Below, piece after piece: positions 37,316-46,850 of a DNA stretch of 64,000 nucleotides. The notes under the pieces were generated by a model, which had not been told where the DNA came from, did not search any database, and worked only from the letters and a program-made list of their open reading frames with translations. The DNA comes from an uncultured virus (IMG/VR IMGVR_UViG_3300028840_004599) (lineage: Duplodnaviria; Heunggongvirae; Uroviricota; Caudoviricetes). Each line of letters opens with the position of its first letter. Within the stretch, counting starts at the first letter, position 1. A program made the translations under genes and the position numbers. Where the stretch lies: the IMG/VR virus record IMGVR_UViG_3300028840_004599; one strand, 5' to 3'.

Positions 37316-38037
37316 TGCCACTTTATATAGATAACCGAATGCATGAAAAGACCAAACTATTTCCACTATTAAAAGACATCGCCGAATTAGCCAGGTTGGA
37401 GTTCGGCGATGTTTCCTTTTCTGGCAATGGCGAGGATAACGCACGAATACTGATCGGTGTGGAGCGTAAAACCCTCCCTGACTTCCTCCACTCATTTACT
37501 AGTGGCAGACTCGCTGGACACCAGATACCTGGGATGCTCAATTCCTACAATTACGTGTATTTGATAGTAGAGGGTATTTGGCGACCCAATCCAAAATCCG
37601 GAACAATGCAGGTAAAGCGTGGAAAGGCTTGGGCAGACTTGCGATTGGGCAAACGAAAGTACTCTTACCGCGAGTTCGTATGTGCCCTGAACACCCTTAC
37701 AATAATCTCAAACGTACACGTAGTAACAACACACTCTATTCGCCAAACAGCTCTATACATCCGTAGCCTTATCCACTGGTGGAATTCAAAGAAGTACAAC
37801 GAGCATAGAGCTCACTTGGCTTTTCAGAATACCCCGCCGATAACCTACAACAAGCCCGGTCTGACTCGTAGGCTGGCAAAAGAGCTGCCAGGAATTGGGT
37901 GGAAACGCTCTGCTGAAGTAGCCAAAGTCTTTAAAACACCCAGGGGTCTAATAAACTCAGAATTGTCACAATGGCTAGGTATCCCCGGAATCGGAAAGTC
38001 CATAGCCTCCAAGGTAATGGAGGAAATTAGTCAATGA
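37315..38037 (+). CDS. ERCC4/XPF-family nuclease with HhH motifs
   Basis: IDNR, GDV, VERKT..DF..S...GRL..Q, LIVEG, LPGIG/IPGIG. Confidence 0.88.
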   Translation: MPLYIDNRMHEKTKLFPLLKDIAELARLEFGDVSFSGNGEDNARILIGVERKTLPDFLHSFTSGRLAGHQIPGMLNSYNYVYLIVEGIWRPNPKSGTMQVKRGKAWADLRLGKRKYSYREFVCALNTLTIISNVHVVTTHSIRQTALYIRSLIHWWNSKKYNEHRAHLAFQNTPPITYNKPGLTRRLAKELPGIGWKRSAEVAKVFKTPRGLINSELSQWLGIPGIGKSIASKVMEEISQ

Positions 38038-40754
38038 CGTCGTGGATTGATGAAAACTGTGCTTTGTGTGATCTTTGCAAGAATAGAAAGAACGTAGTCC
38101 CTGGGAAATGGGCTAGGGGTTCGGGTATACTTCCAGAAGGAATGGATACTTTTGTTGTTGGGGAGGCTCCAGGCGTCAACGAAGATTTAACCGGTGAGTG
38201 TTTTGTTGGGAAAACAGGAGAAGAGTTATTCAGTAATTATCTGAAGCAGGGTGGAATAGACCCGAACACATGTTATTTCACGAACATAGTCAAGTGCCTC
38301 CCCACTTCCCAAGATAAAAAACCGAAGAAAGAGCACATAGATGCTTGCAAACCTTATCTATGGAAAGAACTCGAATCCGGATTGCCTCGTTACATAATAG
38401 CGATGGGTAGCACAGCATCCAAGTTCTTCCTCGGCGCAAACCACAATGTCGAACGTGCGCATGGCAATGCGTTCAATGTGGAGATTCCCCTGCCCTCTGG
38501 AAAGCTCCAATGCGCGGTAATAGTCACGTACCACCCAGCAGCCGGTCTACACACCACCTCCATTATGCAGGAGATATACGAAGATTTTGTGTTCGCTGGA
38601 AAGGTAATTCGTGACGGGTTGCTTGAAAGGAGCACTATACCCGTTGACCGGTATGCCAAGGAGGAAAATTATCGTAAAATAACTACAGTGTCCGAATTAG
38701 AAGACGTGTTCAGACCAGATATACCCAAAATAGCTTTGGATACGGAAACGGTATCTGGAGAACCATACTGCTTATCGTTTTCCCAACATCCTGGAGAGGC
38801 ATTTGTTATCTTCCAAAGTAATTCAGACGTATTATCCGCACTTAATCAAAATATCTTAGAAAACAGCTTGATTAGTATTTTGCACAATGCTACATTTGAC
38901 TTGCCAGTTTTGGAAAAGATGGGTGTGAAAATAGCTAATTTTGTTGATACTATGTCAATGGCATACTTACTTGGCAACAAACCCAAGAAGTTAAAGCTAT
39001 TAGCATATCGCATAGCTGGTATGCACATGCACATGTACAGTGATATATTGAAAATGGGCGATGCGAGAAGGATACAAAGATACCTGCTTGATGCTTGTCG
39101 CGAAGAGTGGAAAGACGCCCCTATAAAAATATCAGGGTGGGAACCGCGGTCCAATGTCAAAGAAAAAACCGTAGTCAAGCGTATGGAGCGTTTGGACTCC
39201 GTTGGAATGCTTACAAAGGACGTGCTTGACCGGATGATAAGCAAAGGCGAGGTTCCACGGGTAACACAAGCGCGAAATATAGGCAACAAAGCTGAGGCAT
39301 ACTTTATAAAATCTTGTGATAATCGCGAGAATCCATACTCGTTGTGGAATAGCACAAAACCCGAAGATGGTCGGGAGGAGGTGGAAAAGGTTCTCGGGAA
39401 GATGCCAGAACCAAGTCTGCTCGATGTTCCCGAAGACGTAGTTATCCGCTATAGCGCACGCGATGCTGATGCCACATTTAGAATTTACCCAATACTCGCG
39501 GAGGAGATACGAGAGTTTGGTTTAGAGGACACGCTCTATAGGGACATGGGGACAATCCCCATGATTTGTGATATGGAGCAGAGAGGAATCCTAGTAGACT
39601 TGAACCATTTTAAGCATCTTTCCGAGAAATACGGGGAGGAGCTTGCCAGTATCGAGGCAGAAATTAACAAGATAGCTGGATGGGATGTCAATGTCCGTTC
39701 TACTAAAGATTTACAACAGCTCCTATTTGTGGATTTGGGATTAGAACAGGTAAAAACAACAAACAAGGGGAACATATCCACAGATATGGAAACACTTACA
39801 ACATTACAAGGTTCACACAGTGTTGTAGATTTGTTATTACAGTACAGAAAGCTTCACAAGCTAAAGTCCACCTACATAGACTCAATACCAAAACACGCGG
39901 ATTCGCGTAGCAGAGTTCATAGCAGGTTCTCAATAACGCGAACTGAAACTGGCAGGCTTGCCTCCTCGGAACCCAACCAACAAAACCAACCAAAGCGCGG
40001 GGAGGGGGCAAAAGACATACGTAGGGGATACATAGCTCCCCCCGATTACTCTTTCGTATCTGCCGACTATTCGCAGATAGAGCTTCGTGTCCTGGCTCAT
40101 ATCTCAAAAGACCCGTCTCTATTACAGGCGTTTAACAACAATGAGGATGTCCACAACAAAACAGCTTGTGACATATTCGGAGTCTCTTCCCCAACGAAAT
40201 CCCAACGACGCGTAGCAAAGACCGTAAACTTTGGTGTTGTTTATTGTATACAACCAGACGGGTTGCAAAGGAAGCTATTTGAAATAGGGATAGATTGGGA
40301 TGTGGATAAGTGTTCGGAATTTATAGCGGACTATTTCAAACTGCGCCCAGCTGTCAAAAAATATATTGAGTCTACTAAGGCTTATGCTAAACGAAACAAG
40401 CTGGTACGTGATATATTTGGCAGAATCCGATACATACCGGAAGTTCGTAGCGCACATTATTGGATACGGGAAGCTGGTCTTCGTCAAGCAGTAAACACTC
40501 GCATACAGTCATCTGCACAAGGCATTATCAAAGAGGCAATGAGGCGAATGATACCCGCCTACAGGGGGCTTGGGAACGTTCACCCCCTGATACAAATACA
40601 CGACGATTTACTATTTGAGGTCGAGGATAGGCTACTAAGGGAATTCATATCGAAGCTATCCCACACCATGAGTATGGCTGTGACGTTGGTAGTGCCAACA
40701 CCCGTCTCGGTAGAGGTTGGTAAGAATTGGGGAGATATGGAGGAATGGAAATGA
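38034..40754 (+). CDS. polA: Family A DNA polymerase fused to N-terminal family-4 uracil-DNA glycosylase domain
   Basis: CALCDL, VGEAPG, TNIVKC, YHPAA; ExoI DTET, ExoII HNATFD, ExoIII YSARD; DYSQIELR, KTVNFGVVY, QIHDD. Confidence 0.95.
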   Translation: MTSWIDENCALCDLCKNRKNVVPGKWARGSGILPEGMDTFVVGEAPGVNEDLTGECFVGKTGEELFSNYLKQGGIDPNTCYFTNIVKCLPTSQDKKPKKEHIDACKPYLWKELESGLPRYIIAMGSTASKFFLGANHNVERAHGNAFNVEIPLPSGKLQCAVIVTYHPAAGLHTTSIMQEIYEDFVFAGKVIRDGLLERSTIPVDRYAKEENYRKITTVSELEDVFRPDIPKIALDTETVSGEPYCLSFSQHPGEAFVIFQSNSDVLSALNQNILENSLISILHNATFDLPVLEKMGVKIANFVDTMSMAYLLGNKPKKLKLLAYRIAGMHMHMYSDILKMGDARRIQRYLLDACREEWKDAPIKISGWEPRSNVKEKTVVKRMERLDSVGMLTKDVLDRMISKGEVPRVTQARNIGNKAEAYFIKSCDNRENPYSLWNSTKPEDGREEVEKVLGKMPEPSLLDVPEDVVIRYSARDADATFRIYPILAEEIREFGLEDTLYRDMGTIPMICDMEQRGILVDLNHFKHLSEKYGEELASIEAEINKIAGWDVNVRSTKDLQQLLFVDLGLEQVKTTNKGNISTDMETLTTLQGSHSVVDLLLQYRKLHKLKSTYIDSIPKHADSRSRVHSRFSITRTETGRLASSEPNQQNQPKRGEGAKDIRRGYIAPPDYSFVSADYSQIELRVLAHISKDPSLLQAFNNNEDVHNKTACDIFGVSSPTKSQRRVAKTVNFGVVYCIQPDGLQRKLFEIGIDWDVDKCSEFIADYFKLRPAVKKYIESTKAYAKRNKLVRDIFGRIRYIPEVRSAHYWIREAGLRQAVNTRIQSSAQGIIKEAMRRMIPAYRGLGNVHPLIQIHDDLLFEVEDRLLREFISKLSHTMSMAVTLVVPTPVSVEVGKNWGDMEEWK

Positions 40755-40981
40755 CAATGAATCATGAGGCAATAACGTCGCAAATAAAAGTTTACGAAGA
40801 TGCCATAAGGGACTTGCCTAAAGATGCAAACAGCGTCCAAATAAAAGACACAACAAATTTTGTTATGCGCGGAGTTAATAGTCTTCGTAGTTCCCTTGGC
40901 AAAAACGTAATACTTTATCGTAGCAAGTTACGGGGCGTTTTAGACGCGTTAGCTATAAAAATATTTGAATGCGGGAGGTAA
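40751..40981 (+). CDS. Hypothetical protein
   Basis: Coupled ORF with SD. Confidence 0.55.
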   Translation: MTMNHEAITSQIKVYEDAIRDLPKDANSVQIKDTTNFVMRGVNSLRSSLGKNVILYRSKLRGVLDALAIKIFECGR

Positions 40982-41414
40982 TATCATGGGACGAGAAACG
41001 GATGGGATAACTACGGTAGACGAGTTGGAAACAAATCTTAAAGGGGAAGAGAGACACAAACTTGGCGGCGTCGACGAGGGTTTTGTTTTGATTGAGGAAC
41101 TATTAAAAGTGGAAAAGAGAGAGAAGTATCTCAGAACACGGATACAGCGTATATTTTCCAATATACTAATCCGATGTTCTCTCAAATCTATTTCTAATGG
41201 GAAGTACGACGTTTTTCTTGAGGAAACCAGACACGAGGAGTACGATATTGAACACCTGAAAACATTGTTGAGGTACAATTTTAATATTACCAATGAAGAG
41301 ATACGTGCAATTATAATGCCATGCTTAACACTGGTTACTGATGAGAAGGTCGTGTTTCGTCCTGTGAGGAGTAACAATGCACAATTACAAAGTGCTGGCA
41401 ATTGCAATTCTTGA
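40965..41414 (+). CDS. Hypothetical protein
   Basis: Packed ORF; likely start 40986. Confidence 0.6.
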   Translation: MNAGGNIMGRETDGITTVDELETNLKGEERHKLGGVDEGFVLIEELLKVEKREKYLRTRIQRIFSNILIRCSLKSISNGKYDVFLEETRHEEYDIEHLKTLLRYNFNITNEEIRAIIMPCLTLVTDEKVVFRPVRSNNAQLQSAGNCNS

Positions 41415-41829
41415 GGATGCAATTTGGTCTATTTTAAGTCCGCCATCCCGCAAGGAACAGAGGGACATAGACAGGGATAGGGAGTGGCTGTATTGCAAAT
41501 ACCGCAATACCGAAGAGGGCTGCCTACCCTACCTGCCAGCTGACTTCTGCTGTGAGGTTGCTGAAATAGACTGGGATGACCTTATTGGCATGTTTGGTCA
41601 GGTACAGGTGCAGCCAGAGGAATTGAGCAGATACGTAGCTGATTTGGTTTCACGGGGGAAAACAATATCCACAGCTTTGATACTAAAAATGTTTAAGTAC
41701 CCGTTGTCTACCATTTCTGATTTATTTGAAGTGCCTGAGAAAATCATGCAGGGCATTCTCAAAGAGGCAGGCTACCCCGGCTACAATATACCTAGGAGTA
41801 GCAGAAAACAGCAACTCATAGCTGTTTAA
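41377..41829 (+). CDS. Conserved phage protein with C-terminal HTH, possible late regulator
   Basis: LAIAILEDAI..EWL..FCCEVAEID; LSTISDLFEVPEKIM; position before packaging genes. Confidence 0.5.
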   Translation: MHNYKVLAIAILEDAIWSILSPPSRKEQRDIDRDREWLYCKYRNTEEGCLPYLPADFCCEVAEIDWDDLIGMFGQVQVQPEELSRYVADLVSRGKTISTALILKMFKYPLSTISDLFEVPEKIMQGILKEAGYPGYNIPRSSRKQQLIAV

Positions 41830-41850
41830 CGTACTGTTAATGTTTTTTAC

Positions 41851-41880
41851 TTGACAGATACCCCGCCTTTATGCTATTCT
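41851..41880 (+). promoter_or_regulatory. Sigma-70-type promoter for packaging operon
   Basis: TTGACA-N18-TATTCT with extended TG. Confidence 0.7.
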
Positions 41881-41886
41881 AAACCT

Positions 41887-42045
41887 ATGAATCACAAAGA
41901 AATACGCAGACTAATCTGCTCTGCGTACGCACATGGGTTAAATTTCAGGCTTATATCCAAACTTATAAAAGACACATGGGGAATTACTCTTTCCCCCGAG
42001 TCCGTTCGTGGGAGGTATCGTAGGTATGCCACGAATGTCGGATAA
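41887..42045 (+). CDS. Small HTH protein, probably leaderless
   Basis: GLNFRLISKLI..LSPESVRGRY; ATG 7 nt after the -10 box, no SD. Confidence 0.55.
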   Translation: MNHKEIRRLICSAYAHGLNFRLISKLIKDTWGITLSPESVRGRYRRYATNVG

Positions 42046-42556
42046 GTTGTCTCTTACCGAGGAGCAAAAAGAGCAAGTAGCTCGGTTCTATGCTCGTGGG
42101 AAGGTACGCACAGAAATCTATGAAACCATGTGTTCAGAATACCCACAACTAAAGATGGTTCCTAAAGAGGCTATAATTGCTCTTATTCACTCGGTTTACA
42201 CCACGGATCGGTGGAAACGAAAAATTGAAAAGTACAAGGACGAGATTACCTTAAAAAAGGACGTTTCCCTATCCAATCCCACAGAAGCAATCAAGTATTT
42301 AGAAACCCTCCTTAATCAGGAAAAGAAGCGCAACAACCCGGATGTAGACAAAATCGTAAAGCTGCTCGACAGCATGTTAAAGCTTCGTAGGGAAGTCAAG
42401 CGGGAGGATGAGGAGGAGCAGGGAGGCTCCTGGGAATACTTCGTTCACAAGGTAGTGCAGTTGGAGCGTAAATTTCCCGTATTTGGATGCAGCGCAATAA
42501 TAAGAGCCAGGCAGGGTTTGGAGACAGATAGTGTCGAAGAAGAAAATAACGCCTGA
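42026..42556 (+). CDS. Putative terminase small subunit
   Basis: N-terminal HTH, helical, overlaps terL. Confidence 0.6.
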   Translation: MPRMSDKLSLTEEQKEQVARFYARGKVRTEIYETMCSEYPQLKMVPKEAIIALIHSVYTTDRWKRKIEKYKDEITLKKDVSLSNPTEAIKYLETLLNQEKKRNNPDVDKIVKLLDSMLKLRREVKREDEEEQGGSWEYFVHKVVQLERKFPVFGCSAIIRARQGLETDSVEEENNA

Positions 42557-44117
42557 GGATTACAGGAACTGTAGGCGACTCTTTCACAATCAACGCTTAT
42601 ACAGTGCCCTTTTCCTAAAAATAAAAGACAAAAGTGGCAAGCTGGTAAATTTCGTATGGAATAGAACGCAAAGACATGTGTATGCCACAATGCTCTGGGC
42701 ATACCATCTTGGACTTCAGCCACACTTCTTAATATTAAAAGCCAGGCAACAAGGAATCACGACATTTTGCCAATCTCTTGGTTTCCATTCTACAGCTACC
42801 CGCCCAGGCATAGAAGCCCTGGTACTTGCGCATGATAGGGAAACATCGCAAGCCGTGTTTGAGAAATCACAAACATTCTGGAAATACCTGCCCCCCGACT
42901 TTCGTCCAGCGCGGAGAACAAAGAACAAAAAAGAACTAGACTTTTGTGATCTTGAATCGAAGTTCTCGATTGGAACTGCTGGTGGTGGTGAAACTGGTGG
43001 TGTTGCCAGAACCTTAAATTTTGTGCACGCCACGGAAGCTGGGTTGTGGCCAAAGGGAGGTTACAATACCCTCTCTGCCCTTCGTGAGTGTCTACCTATA
43101 GAATCCGGATTTCTCTCGTTAGAGAGCACCGCGTACGAACCAACAGGCGTGTTCTTCGACAAGTGGGATTTATGCAAAGACAATCTCAACGTAATTAAAA
43201 AGTGGGTCAGGAATGGCAGAAGGGGCGCACCGGATATGAGGGGGTCGTTCATACCCATATTCATTCCTTGGTTCCTGCACGAAGAATACAGGATACCACT
43301 TCTACCAGGAGAGGAAATAAATCTTACAGAAGAGGAGGAAGCCCTTACTCAAGAACACAATCTGTCTCTTGAGCAGATAAAGTTTCGTCGGCACAAGGAC
43401 AGGACGTGTGGGGACGACAGACCGAAGTGGTATCCGGAAAACCCGGAAGAGTGTTGGAAATACCAATCTGGTCGTATCCTGCCCGAGTTTGATAAAAAAA
43501 CCCACGTAGTAAAGTCATTCCCAGTGAATGACAGGGACAAGTGGATGATAGTGGGTGGTATAGATTTTGGAGCAGACCATCCGTTTACGTACGAAAGAGT
43601 AGCAATAAACAAGAAAACTTTTGAAATATATGTGTTTTCAGAATTCGGCAGACGTAACCTGATAGCTGCCGACCAGATAAGGGAAATAAAGAACGGACGT
43701 GTGGATGGAACATACCCCAACATTATCTTTGCAGACCCAAGTAGCCGTGCTGGTCGTTTGGAATTGCAAGCTGGCAACGTTCGCACCTACAAAGCAGCAA
43801 ATGATATAAATTGGAGCATACAGCTTCTGAAGACACTTCTACGACCCCACCCAATTACCGGCAAACCCATGCTACACGTCATGGAGTCATGCAAACATAC
43901 TATTCGCCAGTTGGAAAGCTGGTCGCGGAAATTAAAAGCCCCGGGCGTGTTCGGGGAGATACACAAAGTCAACGACGACTTCGTGGATGCTCTCAGGTAC
44001 GCAGTGTACTCAGTTTGGCTCCTGTGGCGTAGGAAGAAGATAAAGACGCCTTGGGACTGGGGCGTAAATGAGGCTGAGGGAAAGATAATAACTAAGGAGA
44101 ATACTCAGGGAGGATAA
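42531..44117 (+). CDS. terL: Terminase large subunit
   Basis: ILKARQQGITT, VHATE, ESTA, GIDFG, FADPS, DDFVDALRY. Confidence 0.95.
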   Translation: MSKKKITPEDYRNCRRLFHNQRLYSALFLKIKDKSGKLVNFVWNRTQRHVYATMLWAYHLGLQPHFLILKARQQGITTFCQSLGFHSTATRPGIEALVLAHDRETSQAVFEKSQTFWKYLPPDFRPARRTKNKKELDFCDLESKFSIGTAGGGETGGVARTLNFVHATEAGLWPKGGYNTLSALRECLPIESGFLSLESTAYEPTGVFFDKWDLCKDNLNVIKKWVRNGRRGAPDMRGSFIPIFIPWFLHEEYRIPLLPGEEINLTEEEEALTQEHNLSLEQIKFRRHKDRTCGDDRPKWYPENPEECWKYQSGRILPEFDKKTHVVKSFPVNDRDKWMIVGGIDFGADHPFTYERVAINKKTFEIYVFSEFGRRNLIAADQIREIKNGRVDGTYPNIIFADPSSRAGRLELQAGNVRTYKAANDINWSIQLLKTLLRPHPITGKPMLHVMESCKHTIRQLESWSRKLKAPGVFGEIHKVNDDFVDALRYAVYSVWLLWRRKKIKTPWDWGVNEAEGKIITKENTQGG

Positions 44118-44121
44118 GTAG

Positions 44122-45792
44122 ATGAAGACGAAAGCTGGTAAAAAAGAAGGATACAAAGTGGCTGCAAAAACATACACATCTAGTCCCAATGTGCGTGTGG
44201 AAAAGCCTGGGTGGTATCAGGACAAACCAAGTACTGGTGATCGTGCAAAAGATACAAAGCAGTTCACAGAGGACTCGTTCGAGAAAGAATATGGTGGTTC
44301 AAAGGGTATAGATATATTAAAACCCAAGTACAACCTTGAGTATCTGGTAAAGGTTCCTCCCGGCTCGTCAATTCTATCCCCCTGTATTGACTTTAAAGAG
44401 GTCGGAGTTGGCGGGTTTGGCTACTCTATAGAAGCTACTGGGGATGCTAAGGACAAGAGTATCGAGGATGCCGAGGTGGAGCAGGAAAAAGACGAGTTGG
44501 ATTTCTTTTATCGCACATGTAACCCAAAACGCTCTTTCGTGGAAATAGTTCGTAGTGTTGTTAGGGATCGGGAAACAACCGGCAATGCTTACCTTGAGGT
44601 GATTCGCACAAAGAGTGGAGAGCTTGCTGGGTTTGAACCCGTGCTCCCCCACAATATCCGATTGTGTGCAGCTGACCCAGTTGGGATAGACTATAATTAC
44701 ACCGTGCGGATAGGAACTGAGATAAGGGAGGTAAAGAGTACTCACAGGTTTCGTCGGTATGCAATGAGAAGGGATGCAGAGGACGCAATAATCTACTTCA
44801 AAGAGTGGGGGGATATCAGAAGCGTAGATCGAGAAACAGGGGAATACACAGAAAATCCAAAAATTCAAGCTTCTGAAATAATTCACTTTTCTTATTACAA
44901 TCCCCACACTTTTCCGTATGGTTCTCCGAGATGGGTAAGTAACTTGGACTCCATCGTTGGATTACAGGATGCCGAGTCAGTAAACCAATCATTCTTTCGC
45001 AACAAGGGTATGCCAAATTTCATCATCTGTGTATCTGGTGGAGAGGTTCCGGAGAAGGTTGAGCAGGACATACGCGAATATATTGAGAATCTAAAAAAGA
45101 TGGACAGTACCGATCAATTCTATTCTATACTGGTTCTTCACGCCAAGACTCCGGACTTGGAAAATTTCCTGCCCGAGGATCGTCCTAAACCTCCAGTTAT
45201 AGACATAAAGCCCATAACCCCCTATCTTCAATCTGAAGCCCTGTTCAAAGAATACATGGGAACAACTCGTGATTACGTTCGTTCGTCTTTCCGAATAGGC
45301 GATATATTTTTAGGGGGAGGCAACACCACCCAAGCTTCTGCTGAAGTGGCAAAGCGCGTTGTGGAGGAGTGGGTGCTTAACCCGGAACGTATGTTCCTCC
45401 AATACAAATTTAACCAGATAAATGAGCGTGAGTTCGGAGCTCGATACACGAAGATGGTGCTTCGCGGTCCGGACGTAGTAGACTATGACAAGGTAACACA
45501 GGCACTCTCTCGTATTCAGGGAGCGGTAACACCCAACGATATTCGGGGCTTGGTCGGAAAAATACTCGGTAAAGACCTTCAACCTTGGAAGGAGCCCTGG
45601 GCTGACGAACCCATAATCTTAATTTCCAACGCAGCCGGATTGTCTGCCCTTAATGGTGCTCGCGGTGGTATGGATCAGGCGTCTGTGAGTATAACTCAGG
45701 ACATGGCAAAGCGTATAGAAAAGGTGGAAACGCAGCAGGAACTTCTTGGGGCAGTATCAAAAGTGTTTTCAAAACAAACTAAGGATAGTTAA
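44122..45792 (+). CDS. Portal protein (PBSX-like)
   Basis: TGNAYLEV, EIIHF, YGSPRW, FFRNKGMP, TPNDIR. Confidence 0.92.
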   Translation: MKTKAGKKEGYKVAAKTYTSSPNVRVEKPGWYQDKPSTGDRAKDTKQFTEDSFEKEYGGSKGIDILKPKYNLEYLVKVPPGSSILSPCIDFKEVGVGGFGYSIEATGDAKDKSIEDAEVEQEKDELDFFYRTCNPKRSFVEIVRSVVRDRETTGNAYLEVIRTKSGELAGFEPVLPHNIRLCAADPVGIDYNYTVRIGTEIREVKSTHRFRRYAMRRDAEDAIIYFKEWGDIRSVDRETGEYTENPKIQASEIIHFSYYNPHTFPYGSPRWVSNLDSIVGLQDAESVNQSFFRNKGMPNFIICVSGGEVPEKVEQDIREYIENLKKMDSTDQFYSILVLHAKTPDLENFLPEDRPKPPVIDIKPITPYLQSEALFKEYMGTTRDYVRSSFRIGDIFLGGGNTTQASAEVAKRVVEEWVLNPERMFLQYKFNQINEREFGARYTKMVLRGPDVVDYDKVTQALSRIQGAVTPNDIRGLVGKILGKDLQPWKEPWADEPIILISNAAGLSALNGARGGMDQASVSITQDMAKRIEKVETQQELLGAVSKVFSKQTKDS

Positions 45793-45793
45793 G

Positions 45794-46696
45794 ATGCCAA
45801 AGGATATAACTAGTCTTCGTAGAGAAATACTGGATGGGTTGCCAGAAGAGGTAAAGGGCATAGCAGATCGTTTGTCCGATGCTGAGTTGGAGGATGTGGA
45901 AGACCGCGGCTTAATCAGCTCGTGGCTTCTGGAAATAGTTATCTTGGTAACAATCGTTGATTTGTACAAAGCTCAGTTTGAAAGAGCTTCACACATAGCT
46001 GTGTCCGAAGTAAACACAACTTTCGGGCATACAAAGGATTTCATATTCCCCACGATAGATAATGTTTTGGAGCGACGTATAGGCGTGTTGGGTGATCTTG
46101 GAACGCAGATGAGAAATAAGGTATTGGGGTTTACAGCAGACGCGTATAGGATGGGTGCGCGCTCCGTAGGCAGCCCTATAAAATTCCCACCGGCTACACA
46201 CATAAGTCGCCTCGCCAACATAACCATGTATTTTCTAAAACATCACTACCACGACACCTTACGAAAGCACGTAGAGTACGAAATAGAGGGTGTAACAAAG
46301 GATCGTGTAGTAACACAGCAGGAGCTTTACGAAGCAATACAGCGCGGGTTTGTGCGGATGGAGCCTAGTTTTCAAAGACATGCCACGGTTGCCATTAACA
46401 TGGCTCGCTCCGTTGGTTCCATTTATGCCATGCACAGACAGCGTGTGGAAGCTTTTGAGTTTGTGGCACTTCCTGGATGCTGTGTTGTCTGCGCCGAGTT
46501 ATCCGGCAAAGTATTCACAATGTCATCTGCTTTATCAACATTAGATGCAATAATGTACTCTGACAACCCAGAAGATATTAAAATAATCTCCCCGTTCATC
46601 CACACCCTAAGTGAGTTGGCTGGACGTGGCGACCAATTCATACTCATACCCGTGCATCCTAATTGCCGTTGTTACTACCGACCAATTATCCTGTAG
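45794..46696 (+). CDS. Minor head protein (SPP1 gp7/Mu F)
   Basis: C..C..L.GK.F and PVHPNCRC. Confidence 0.85.
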   Translation: MPKDITSLRREILDGLPEEVKGIADRLSDAELEDVEDRGLISSWLLEIVILVTIVDLYKAQFERASHIAVSEVNTTFGHTKDFIFPTIDNVLERRIGVLGDLGTQMRNKVLGFTADAYRMGARSVGSPIKFPPATHISRLANITMYFLKHHYHDTLRKHVEYEIEGVTKDRVVTQQELYEAIQRGFVRMEPSFQRHATVAINMARSVGSIYAMHRQRVEAFEFVALPGCCVVCAELSGKVFTMSSALSTLDAIMYSDNPEDIKIISPFIHTLSELAGRGDQFILIPVHPNCRCYYRPIIL

Positions 46697-46791
46697 ATAA
46701 TAAAAATCATCCGTTACTTATCCTACCATTATTCAAATATCTGCATGGAATACCTGCCTATTATCCCCCATCTTCAACCAATATGTGACCG

Positions 46792-46821
46792 TTGCTTGTT
46801 CCTCCATTGCGGTGTTACACT
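46792..46821 (+). promoter_or_regulatory. Possible sigma-70-type promoter for head genes
   Basis: TTGCTT-N18-TACACT with extended TG. Confidence 0.45.
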
Positions 46822-46850
46822 AAACATGTAAACCTATATGGAGGGTATCC

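Noticed and set aside
39000..39430. Intein in the PolA insertion
   Set aside because: No C/S start with HN-C/S/T end and no LAGLIDADG motifs
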